32,000 nucleotides of DNA from Candidatus Lokiarchaeum ossiferum (GCA_025839675.1 CP104013.1:4980001-5012000), one strand, 5' to 3'. Counted from the first letter of the stretch, positions 17,885-27,243 are shown. Made by a program: numbers and translations. Notes: generated by a model from the sequence alone, not told the origin.

Positions 17885-19144
17885 ATGAAGTTAAAAGATT
17901 TTAAGAATCTCATATACACATTTGGTTATTATTATCCGTATCGTTTCTTTACTATTAAAATTCCAGTTCAATTTCATGAATTTAAAAAGAGATTAAAAAA
18001 AAAAAAAAATGAGTTTGGTGTTAATATTATTGGTTATCCAAAAGGCGATTTTGGAATAGGACAACACATGAGACTTGTGACTCAAGCATTTATAAGAAGT
18101 AATTTGCAATTTTCAGTTATAAATTCCATTTTACCCGGCCAAACTCACACTGATAATACATTAACTTCTTTTATTACAGATAGAGGTAAATACTCCATTA
18201 ATTTATTTTGTATGAATGCTCCACAATTAGTCGAATTACGAACAAACATAAAAAACGATATTCACACATCCCAGTATAATATTGGTTATGGCTATTGGGA
18301 ATTGTCAATTTTCCCAAGATCTTTTAGAAAACAATTTAAATATCTTGATGAAATATGGGCACCTTCAAAATTTATTTATAATGCAATTAAAAAAACTACA
18401 AATAAACCTGTATACTATATGCCTATTCCTGTAGATTTTTCAATTCCCAGTCAAATTTCTCGAAAAACCTTCAATTTACCTGCAGATAAATTTCTCTTTA
18501 TTTTTAGCTTTGATATGTCATCATATATTGATAGAAAAAATCCTAGTGCAATCATTAGATGCTTTATTGAAGCATTTGATGAAAAAAATTCTGAGAACGT
18601 AGGGTTAGTTATTAAGTGTCATCGTTTAAAGGGAAATTTAGACCAAGAAAATGCATTAAATAATCTCATTTCGCAACGAAAAAATAATATTTATATTATT
18701 GATGAATTATTAGACCGCGAAAATATGCTCGGCCTAATCAATTGTTGTGATGTGTATGTATCACTCCATCGGTCCGAAGGGTTTGGATTGGGATTAGCGG
18801 AAGCTATGTTCATGGGAAAAAATGTAATTGGAACCAATTACTCAGGGAATTGTGATTTTATGAAAGATGATAATTCATGTTTAGTTCCATATACTTTGAT
18901 TCCTGTCGAAAAGGGGCAATATCCCTATTCCGATAAAAATTCTGTTTGGGCTGAACCTGATTTGGATGTAGCAATAAAATATATGCAATTACTATACAAT
19001 GATGTCATTTATAGAAAGAAATTGTCAAAGAATGCTCAAGAGTATATTAAGAAATATCATAGTTTCGCAGCAATTGCAAAGAAATATGAACTGCATATTA
19101 ATCAAACCAAATCAAAACTTAAAGAAAAAATACAAAAGTCTTAA
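17885..19144 (+). CDS. GT4-family glycosyltransferase, paralog P3
   Basis: The ORF track opens at 17798. Paralog alignment favours the ATG at 17885 (MKLKDFKNLIYTF). It has GVNIIGYPKGDFGIGQHMR and HRSEGFGLGLAEAMFMGKNVIGTNYSGN (EX7E). Confidence 0.8.
   Translation: MKLKDFKNLIYTFGYYYPYRFFTIKIPVQFHEFKKRLKKKKNEFGVNIIGYPKGDFGIGQHMRLVTQAFIRSNLQFSVINSILPGQTHTDNTLTSFITDRGKYSINLFCMNAPQLVELRTNIKNDIHTSQYNIGYGYWELSIFPRSFRKQFKYLDEIWAPSKFIYNAIKKTTNKPVYYMPIPVDFSIPSQISRKTFNLPADKFLFIFSFDMSSYIDRKNPSAIIRCFIEAFDEKNSENVGLVIKCHRLKGNLDQENALNNLISQRKNNIYIIDELLDRENMLGLINCCDVYVSLHRSEGFGLGLAEAMFMGKNVIGTNYSGNCDFMKDDNSCLVPYTLIPVEKGQYPYSDKNSVWAEPDLDVAIKYMQLLYNDVIYRKKLSKNAQEYIKKYHSFAAIAKKYELHINQTKSKLKEKIQKS
17995..18009 (+). 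repeat. Homopolymeric A15 tract inside the 5' part of GT4 paralog P3 (codons L-K-K-K-K-N)
   Basis: Counted directly: a x6 at 17995..18000 plus a x9 at 18001..18009. It is the longest homopolymer I found in the window. The paralog P2 has only A9 at the equivalent position (14817..14825). Confidence 0.9.
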
Positions 19145-19202
19145 TTTAATTATCTGGGTAATAAAAATATACCTCATCTATTAAAAAAGTAGGAAATATC
19201 AA

Positions 19203-20396
19203 ATGAAAATTGCAGTTTATCACAATTTACCATCTGGAGGGGCCAAACGTGCTTTATATAACAATATTAAATATTTAAAAGCTCGAAGAAATGAAATTGA
19301 CTTATACATTCCATCTACTGCCAATGAGGACTATCTTCCATTAAAAAATATCGTTGATAATTTTTTCTCATTTCCTGTCAATCCATCATTTAGGACTTTT
19401 CTCGTTTCCTTATTCAAATATAAGGTTCCAAGCAAAATTCTCTCTGCCGTGGAAGAGGTTGATAAAAATATTGCATGCCTCATAAATAAAAAGGATTATG
19501 ACATCGTTATTTGTGAACAAGATCAGTTTTTCTTTTCTCCTTTCATATTAAAATATATTACAAAGCCAATGCTTTATTTTTGTCAGCAACCATCCAGAGA
19601 AAATGAAGCGATAGTTCATCATCTTATGAAAGAAGGAAAATTACCCAAGAAAAATCATTTTCATCGTTTTATAGATAGAAAATTATATGAAATTGAATTA
19701 AAAAATGTTTCAAATGTAAAAAATATTTTAGCAAATTCTTTTTTTTCAAAAGAATCAATTTTAAGAAAATATGGATTAAATGCACAAGTTTCTTATTTGG
19801 GAATTGATTTAGACGTTTTTTCTCCCAAAAAAATACAAAGACAATCATTTTTATTGTCTGTTGGTAGCTGCACACCAGCAAAGGGGTTTGATTTTCTGAT
19901 CAAGTCTTTATCCTTTATCCCAAAAAATAAAAGACCTCTTTTAATTTTGGTTTCAAATAATGTAAATCAGAAATGGAAAGAATATTTATTGGGTTTAGCT
20001 AAAAGTAAAGCAGTAGAAATTGAAATAAGAAGCAATATTGGGCATGAAGAATTACTCGATTTATATCGGACTACTTCTATCCTATTATATTCTCCCTATT
20101 TGGAACCTTTTGGGCTAGTTCCTCTCGAAGCGCTTGCTTGTGGGACGCCTATTATCGGTGTTAGGGAGGGAGGAATTAGAGAAAGTTTGGGTGCATTTCA
20201 ATCTGGCATTCTAATTGAACGGATTGAAAAAAAATTTGGAAATGCAATTGAATCCTTATTAAATGATCAAACAGATGATCCTCAATCAAATATTGATAGA
20301 CGTAATTATGTTGAAGAGTTTTGGGGTTTAAAGAAGGCTGGTGAGCGTTTTCTTTCCCATATCCAAAGGATTATAATGGATTCAAAAACAAACTAA
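19203..20396 (+). CDS. GT4-family (group 1) glycosyltransferase
   Basis: 397 aa. The N-terminus is MKIAVYHNLPSGGAKR. The C-terminal block SPYLEPFGLVPLEALACGTPIIGVREGGIRESL contains EX7E. Confidence 0.85.
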   Translation: MKIAVYHNLPSGGAKRALYNNIKYLKARRNEIDLYIPSTANEDYLPLKNIVDNFFSFPVNPSFRTFLVSLFKYKVPSKILSAVEEVDKNIACLINKKDYDIVICEQDQFFFSPFILKYITKPMLYFCQQPSRENEAIVHHLMKEGKLPKKNHFHRFIDRKLYEIELKNVSNVKNILANSFFSKESILRKYGLNAQVSYLGIDLDVFSPKKIQRQSFLLSVGSCTPAKGFDFLIKSLSFIPKNKRPLLILVSNNVNQKWKEYLLGLAKSKAVEIEIRSNIGHEELLDLYRTTSILLYSPYLEPFGLVPLEALACGTPIIGVREGGIRESLGAFQSGILIERIEKKFGNAIESLLNDQTDDPQSNIDRRNYVEEFWGLKKAGERFLSHIQRIIMDSKTN

Positions 20397-20506
20397 AAAT
20401 TCATTGAATCATTTTTTTTATCTGATTTAACATTATTGCTAAGGTCCAGATTGAAGAAAAATTTCGGCAATGTCTCCATAAAGATTAAATTACCAACATT
20501 TTGGAT

Positions 20507-21538
20507 TTATTTCCTATAAGATTTTATCAATTTTACCCAAAATTTCAAGTATAATCTTTTTTTACTATCATTTTTTTTTTCATATATTGATGTAAATTTT
20601 TCTAAGTTTTCCTTCGTTAAATCCTCCCAAGAATCTAAGATTAATACGGGCAAATCTTTATATATTGAATCAATTGTGCTACTTTTTATTATTGGGACAC
20701 AATTTAAATATAATGCTTCCCATGTTCGATGACAATCTAACCCATTACCATGGGGTGAAATAATGTACTTGAATTTTGCTTGGAGTATCCATGTTTGCGC
20801 CCTAGGTAATGGTTTTTTAAGAAAAACATTGAAATCTACTTTTTTAAGTTGATCCAAAGCTCGATGTCGATCTTCGTTATGCCTATCAAATAATTTGAAC
20901 TGAAAGTATGAAAAACTTGCATTTTTTTTTTCTCTCCACAAATTATTTTTTTTTGAAATTTTTTTCAATAATTTCTCTTGTTGTCTCGCATAAGATTGTG
21001 GTCCCCATATATATTCCCTTTTTTGAAGAGTGTGATAATCAATTCCTAAGGGAATAGGGGTAATTTTGTGATGGTTGGGTAGATCACAATTTTGAGTAAA
21101 CCAATGGATTATTGTATTAGAATTCGCAATTTTTTCGATATAATTAATTGAGTGTTCTTTTGATAATTCATTTGGGACACTAATAACACATGCTCCTGTA
21201 ACCAAAATAATCTTAATACCATTTCTCATAAGATTTGGGAATATTTTAAAATAGAAATTCGTTAAGGCTGATGAAACAACATAAACTGTATCCATATTTT
21301 TAATTTTTTTATAGTCATCTAGATTTAGACTTTGAGAATCAGAAATGATGTCGCGTGGAAACACGTCACAATGTTGGGCAATTCCTCTTGATGAAACAAA
21401 TTTACAATATTTTTCTTTTTGCCACCTATTTTTTAATATTATTACACTGTTATCCATAAAATTTTTCACAAATACAATTAAATTATATAGTTTTAAAGAA
21501 AGCTTATTTTTCTGCATTATACCTAAAACATATTTCAT
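20507..21538 (-). CDS. Putative glycosyltransferase with exostosin (GT47)-like C-terminal motif. Family uncertain
   Basis: 343 aa. KYIISPHGNGLDCHRTWEALYLNCVPIIKSSTIDSIYKDLPVLILDSWEDLT parallels the GT47 pattern FCLxPxGxxxxSxRxxEAxxxGCVPVIIxD..LPF....DW. Confidence 0.4.
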   Translation of the reverse strand: MKYVLGIMQKNKLSLKLYNLIVFVKNFMDNSVIILKNRWQKEKYCKFVSSRGIAQHCDVFPRDIISDSQSLNLDDYKKIKNMDTVYVVSSALTNFYFKIFPNLMRNGIKIILVTGACVISVPNELSKEHSINYIEKIANSNTIIHWFTQNCDLPNHHKITPIPLGIDYHTLQKREYIWGPQSYARQQEKLLKKISKKNNLWREKKNASFSYFQFKLFDRHNEDRHRALDQLKKVDFNVFLKKPLPRAQTWILQAKFKYIISPHGNGLDCHRTWEALYLNCVPIIKSSTIDSIYKDLPVLILDSWEDLTKENLEKFTSIYEKKNDSKKRLYLKFWVKLIKSYRK

Positions 21539-21838
21539 GTTACCCTAAGCCCGTTCCATTGAAGAAGTTCGATTTATTTTATAAAGGATTTTGTATCCAT
21601 ATAGTCCAATTAATGATCAATTAAATTCCTATCTTCTTCAATTTAGATGGATTAAAGTAAGTATTGTTTTCATAATGGACTTAATTTGAAAAATGAAGAG
21701 GTAGAAAAATGATGAAAATTTGGTTATTGAAAGAAGTATAACTCGCAATTGGAAGATTTATTGCTATTAAGAAACCACAATGTTGTTTGATAATCTAAGA
21801 TATTTCGATATATCAATGCAAACTTGCAAGAAATAAAA

Positions 21839-23274
21839 CAGTTCCCAATGAAATATCCATTTTTACATTTTTATGCCCCATCATTAACTTATTGACTAAA
21901 TATTTGAGTTATAGGTTGATTGAATCAGAAAATTCATCGATGAGCCAATCTCGATATTCTTGGAATGTTATGGCTTTATTGGAGTCTAATTCACCTCGTT
22001 CGATTTGCCAAAAATTGAAGAGCAAATATTTCCCAATTTCCGCAAATAATCGTATTCCATCATAATTCGACCGCCATATCCCTTTATGATCATCTACATC
22101 TCTAAAAGCGGTCTCAATTTGCCATTTCATTTTATAATACCGCTTGATGGTATATACGAATGATTTTGAATGGAATTGAGGGGCAATTGTGGTGATCAAT
22201 GCATAAATTTGCTCTGATGCATCAGTCAAACTTAAATTATTTTGGCGATAGGCATTTTTAATTGCTGCTAAGGATTGATTTCCACGGGCAAACAGGAGTA
22301 CCCAACATCGCATTTTTTGCGTTATACCCCTTTTTTTGCTTTTGTTCCTATCTCGTATTGTTGAGTGCGCCCCTTTTTTTGATCTAAGTAATGCCGCTTG
22401 CAATTTTTTAATTGCGAATAGTCCTTTGCGGGTGTGATAACATCAACATTGCAAATTTTGAAAGATTTGAGCACATTATGTCGATAATATTCCCGATCTA
22501 CAACACAGACTTTGATATTTAATCCAAGTTCTAAAAGCCAATCAGTAATCTGAAGCATAAAGGGAATTTTTGATTCCCCTTTGGCGACGTAGTGGCATCC
22601 AATAAATAATGATTTCTTGCTGCCATGGATCATAGCTCCATGATAATGACAAATACGTCTTGTACCTTTAACCATTTTACTTCCTTTGATTAATGGATCC
22701 CATCTTCGTCCCCAATAACCAAGATAGGTTAAATCAAACTCTAAAACAAAATTAGTTTTTCGTGCCTCGGCAAGAAATATAAGATGTATCATCTTTTCAA
22801 ACACCAATTTATAGATTTTTTCTACTGATACCAAGGTTTGGTCTCTTAGCCAGTCATTTATAGTCGTTTGGTGAGGAAATGCACGCGATTGGCGTCCATC
22901 TAAAAAAATTTGGGGTGTAAATCCAGAATATTTCATTGCTCAACGGTTCAACTTTTCAGATGCATGATGGATGGAGACTCCACGAATCCAACCATAATAG
23001 AGAATTGCAATGATGTCATCCAATACCCATTTCCGTCCGATGAGAGTTGTCGGAAGACCAAGAGCATATCTGACTGACTTAGCAAGATTTTTGAAGAAAG
23101 AAATCTTATTAAAATTAGGATAACGTGTTCTAAATTGGGGAATTTGGTGCACGGCTTGAGTGCATTGGTTCATACGATTACTCAAGCATCCTTTTATTTT
23201 GAGTGCATTGATGCAAATACTAGATAAATTATTTATGGTCAATTACGATATTTTTGTCGAATCAGTTGGAACTG
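21839..23274 (-). mobile_element. IS4/ISH-like insertion sequence (about 1.44 kb), apparently decayed
   Basis: It contains a fragmented DDE transposase. The tentative terminal inverted repeats are CAGTTCC at 21839..21845 and its complement at 23268..23274, with 11 of the first 13 nt matching. Both ends are flanked by ATAAAA (21833..21838 and 23275..23280), a possible 6-bp target duplication. That match is only weak evidence in AT-rich DNA. Confidence 0.6.
21909..23242 (-). pseudogene. DDE transposase (IS4-type, DDE_Tnp_1-like) broken into three ORFs
   Basis: The 100-aa ORF (TTG start) ends at an in-frame TGA (22940..22942). Only one codon separates it from the 204-aa ORF in the same frame. 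The 204-aa and 164-aa ORFs overlap over 22322..22403, with the downstream part in the -1 frame. DDE-type blocks are present: FVLEFDLTYLGYWG, CVVDREYY and YYKMKWQIETAFRDVDD (the Y-x2-R/K-x3-E motif of the IS4 family). Confidence 0.75.
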
Positions 23275-23300
23275 ATAAAAAAAGGAAGAAATAATTCTCT

Positions 23301-26300
23301 TTAGTATGTGAGATATGGAATATCCAGATTAACTACCCTCAAAATATCTTCATAATACGGAATTCCTGTTTCTTGGTAAATTTTTAATTGAATTGCTTTA
23401 AAAATGGGATATATATTTATGTAGTAGAGATTCCCCATACCGATTGGTTGAGTAATAATGAACGGAACTTCTTCATCGTATGAATTTGAATAAGAAGCTA
23501 AGATTGAAGCATTTGCTGGTGTAACACTTAATAGAATCAATTCGATTTCATACAAAAGATCAATAGATTCAGTTTCACCTATCAGCTTATTAGATGCACT
23601 CGTACTAAATGACATTTCTATCATTTCTTTAGCGAATGCATTATATCCATTTGAGTTAAAAATGATTAAGTCTCCTCCATTCTCGATATAATCATAATAA
23701 TCTTCGATGTTTCTACTGGATTTAACTGCATAAAATGCTTCAAAATCTCGAAGATCAAAATTGACAATAAAACTAGTGGAATAGGTCGTGTATTGGATTC
23801 CAAAAACATTCGAATTTGAAGTATTATTGTTTGTTGCATGAAAATTATTTAGCGAAAAATCTATTCCTTGTTCATTTATTGATATATCTACAATTAGATG
23901 ATCCCTTAATTTCCAATTTATGCTTGTATTAACGCCCGGCCATGTTTGAGGTAATATTTGATCTCCAACAATGAAATAATAATGAATAAAACCCGAAGGT
24001 GAAAATAAGTACACTATTTTGTTGAAACTCATGTCATCATTCTGGGAAAAAACAAACTCTAGGTAATTATTTACATTTTTATCCATATCTGCTATTGAAA
24101 TTTGAAACCTGGCAGTTAAATTGGAAATGGGATAAGGACACATTAAAGTTCCACTTGAAACATATGGATCTTTAGAATAAGAGTTAATATTGAACTCAGT
24201 TGCTGTTTGAAAATCAAAATTTCCTCCACAACTTTCCCATTCATAAAAGGATGGGGTAATATTCAAAGAATCATCATTTAGGGGGTCGAAAGCTAAAAAT
24301 AATTTATCATAATCAAACAAAGATCCATCTAAATCATTGATTGTCGAGAAATTTCTATATGCTTGGCTGAATAGATTCATATTTTGGACTTTTTGGGAAA
24401 AAGGAAGATAATTATCCTGAGGAAAAACTATTTTCAAATCACTATTCGATTGAGGTGGTGAAATTTTCGGAATGCGGTAAATGGTGTAATCTTCTTCACT
24501 ATAAACTTTATGGAAAATATTTAACATCTCTTTGAAATAATCATGGTATCGCTCGTTGATTTTAGAAACATTTCCTTGGGTTAAATATAAATAGGAATTT
24601 TCAAATCCTTCATTTTTCATGGTATATTGCTGTAAAAATATGCTCTCTGTGAGTGTATTGTAAGAAAGTTTTTCTCCAAGAACTAAATTTAACACTATGC
24701 GTGAATTTGATTCAGATTTATTAATCATTTGATAAGTGAATTCATCCAGTGTAATAATATAAGCTGAATTATCTTCTTCAAGAAGAGTTCTAATTGCATT
24801 TATTCCCATTTTGTCCTCATCCCATAAAACCGGTAAGTATTGTTTGGCATTTTCCCCATTTCGATAACTATATTCTAACCCAAATAACACTGTTGAATAA
24901 TTGGATATCAAGAGAAAGAATAGAACGAGATATTTGTATAACGATCTGAAATGTATTTCGTTTAATTGTAGATTTTTTAATTTGTGTTTGTCAAAATGTA
25001 TCAAACCATAATAAATCCCTGTAGCAATAAATGGAATGATTATAAACACTCCCAATCTTCTCTCAAAATAGTAGATTGGTCCGGTTAATATATGTAATCG
25101 AACATAAGTTAGCACAATTCCAAAACCCATACAGAAGATACCAAAAATCAGTAAGAAATTATATTTAAAATCAATATTTTTATTTTTAACACTAAAATAC
25201 AGATATAGTAATCCAAATAATCCATAAAATCCCAGTCTAACCGGATGGAAAAACCAAAGAACTTGTCCTGATTCTAAGAAATTCTCTATGCTTAGTGATT
25301 CAGAATCCCAAACAAAAGTCCAGTACACTAACCCGCTGATAAGTAATAGCAAAGCAAATAAAATTAAGATTTTGACTACCTTATGCCATCTTTCATGGGG
25401 AAAATATCGATTATCTGCTGGTGATTTTTCAATTCTGATTAAATAATTTGTTAATCTTGTGTTAGTGATCTTTTCCTTATTCCTTACAATAAATTTCCAT
25501 CCAAGATGAATAATCATAGTTAGAATTAGAAAAGCCAAGGTAACATATAGTAAATAGAAGTAAAGAGGAAAAATCCACTCTTCTATTGCTTTTGACAAAT
25601 AATTATATAATTTATAAAATATTATGATGCTTATATAGGAAAGAATCATAGAAAACAATGTTTCGGTTGATTTGATCCCTTTCCCTTTAAAGAAAAATAA
25701 GAATACTCCCAAAAATATTCCAAAAATGGTAGCTTCAGCCACATGGGATAGGAACATTCCAACTTGCATAATTGTCAATAATGGAATAAATAATTTCCCG
25801 GGAATTGAATCAATCTGAATTAATGTCATAATTCCAAACAAAATAATAAATGATGGAATAATGGGTGTGTAGTAAGATGGAGAAAATCCATAATATAATG
25901 AGTTTAATGTTTGGGAATTTGCGAGATTCAAAGCATTAGAAAAAGGAAGCTGATTGATTAACCTAAGTTTAATGAAATATATCCATCCAAGTCCTCCCGT
26001 TGCACCAAGCATGTAAGCCCAAGTCGCAAGAATTGGAATTCTTTTATCAATTTTATTAAAGAAACGTTTCATCGCAGTATAGAAGACAATGGGTAAGATA
26101 TAATTTATTAATAACAAAGTAGTCTGATTCACTACTATTGAACCGTTAGATAAAAAGATAAATGCTGATTCATGTGAATGGGCCACTGTATAGAACCAAG
26201 AATAATATTGAAGAAAATAATCATTTATTGATTCTCCAAATAGCACACTATATGAATAATGGCGATATATGTCAGGAGAAATTGAATAGACAATTTGCGG

Positions 26301-26981
26301 GTAGAGAAGTAAACTTGAAAAAATATACATCATATAAATTATCGCAAAACCCATCCAATCATTTTTAGAGGCAAAAGATTCAATTTTTGGATAAGAAATT
26401 TCTTTGTTCGTGAATAGAATGGTTCCTCCAACTAAAATCAATAATAAAACCAAGAAAATAGTATTTCTGTTCGCTATTTTTGATATAACTAATATAAACC
26501 ATAGAATGGCTGTAAAAATATAACTTGTGATAAATGAAAACGCTATCATTTCTATTCTGGAAAATTTTGTTCTTATTTTTGTAATTGCAAGAATACAATA
26601 TCCGGGTAGAAAAGAAGTGTTAAGTAATGCAATAATGGAAGAAAGAAATCCCAGATTTATTGTTAATATTGATAAAATTACTTGAATTGTTGGCAAAGAA
26701 CACAAGAATACATTTTTGAGTATTTTTGAATTAAATTTTCCAACAATCTTCTTAAATTGGAGCAGTGATATTGGAATATTCACATCATTCAAAATAATGT
26801 ACAGGAATAGTAAAGTAATAAAAGTGATAAATAGAAAGGGGATCTTGATCCATGTGGGGATAAGCCATAAGAAATAGGCCGAAAGAAGTGTAAAAGGGAC
26901 GCAGAATACAAGAATTGCTTTAAATTTTTTTGATTTAAAAAAATTCCTTATATTTTCTTCATTTTTTTTTTTAATTTCCAT
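23301..26981 (-). CDS. Giant polytopic membrane protein B (1226 aa), paralog of 1484..5224. Candidate GT-C-like transferase (function inferred)
   Basis: Long uninterrupted ORF starting at an ATG. It has a multi-TM N-terminal half sharing conserved blocks with protein A, and a large soluble C-terminal half with NGGDLIIFN and GMGNLYYINIYPIF (A has NGGDLIVLN and GLGTISYLNLVPF). It has no C-terminal TM helix and no WWDYG motif. Confidence 0.6.
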   Translation of the reverse strand: MEIKKKNEENIRNFFKSKKFKAILVFCVPFTLLSAYFLWLIPTWIKIPFLFITFITLLFLYIILNDVNIPISLLQFKKIVGKFNSKILKNVFLCSLPTIQVILSILTINLGFLSSIIALLNTSFLPGYCILAITKIRTKFSRIEMIAFSFITSYIFTAILWFILVISKIANRNTIFLVLLLILVGGTILFTNKEISYPKIESFASKNDWMGFAIIYMMYIFSSLLLYPQIVYSISPDIYRHYSYSVLFGESINDYFLQYYSWFYTVAHSHESAFIFLSNGSIVVNQTTLLLINYILPIVFYTAMKRFFNKIDKRIPILATWAYMLGATGGLGWIYFIKLRLINQLPFSNALNLANSQTLNSLYYGFSPSYYTPIIPSFIILFGIMTLIQIDSIPGKLFIPLLTIMQVGMFLSHVAEATIFGIFLGVFLFFFKGKGIKSTETLFSMILSYISIIIFYKLYNYLSKAIEEWIFPLYFYLLYVTLAFLILTMIIHLGWKFIVRNKEKITNTRLTNYLIRIEKSPADNRYFPHERWHKVVKILILFALLLLISGLVYWTFVWDSESLSIENFLESGQVLWFFHPVRLGFYGLFGLLYLYFSVKNKNIDFKYNFLLIFGIFCMGFGIVLTYVRLHILTGPIYYFERRLGVFIIIPFIATGIYYGLIHFDKHKLKNLQLNEIHFRSLYKYLVLFFLLISNYSTVLFGLEYSYRNGENAKQYLPVLWDEDKMGINAIRTLLEEDNSAYIITLDEFTYQMINKSESNSRIVLNLVLGEKLSYNTLTESIFLQQYTMKNEGFENSYLYLTQGNVSKINERYHDYFKEMLNIFHKVYSEEDYTIYRIPKISPPQSNSDLKIVFPQDNYLPFSQKVQNMNLFSQAYRNFSTINDLDGSLFDYDKLFLAFDPLNDDSLNITPSFYEWESCGGNFDFQTATEFNINSYSKDPYVSSGTLMCPYPISNLTARFQISIADMDKNVNNYLEFVFSQNDDMSFNKIVYLFSPSGFIHYYFIVGDQILPQTWPGVNTSINWKLRDHLIVDISINEQGIDFSLNNFHATNNNTSNSNVFGIQYTTYSTSFIVNFDLRDFEAFYAVKSSRNIEDYYDYIENGGDLIIFNSNGYNAFAKEMIEMSFSTSASNKLIGETESIDLLYEIELILLSVTPANASILASYSNSYDEEVPFIITQPIGMGNLYYINIYPIFKAIQLKIYQETGIPYYEDILRVVNLDIPYLTY

Positions 26982-27243
26982 TATTGATTAATCTAATTAA
27001 TTGATAATAAAAAAGATAACAATAAGATTGAAGAATTGAGGATTTGAAAATTATTTTCTCAAGTGAAGCATGTATTCAAAGAGGTTAAATTTTAAAAAAA
27101 TATTCTAAATGAGTATTGTGAATCAATTTTTTCTTCTTTGTCATCGTGGTATGCTTGTTATTCGATATTTAAGACTTTTCTTGATGAAATTGCGATTTTT
27201 CTGTGCAAAAAAGTGATTCAGATCAAAACAGCATTGAAGACAT

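Noticed and set aside
22937-22942. In-frame TGA in the transposase as evidence for a reassigned genetic code or selenocysteine.
   Set aside because: TGA terminates several well-supported genes here at sensible C-termini (ends at 1484, 8375 and 9909). No other long ORF needs TGA read-through. An IS pseudogene is the simpler explanation.
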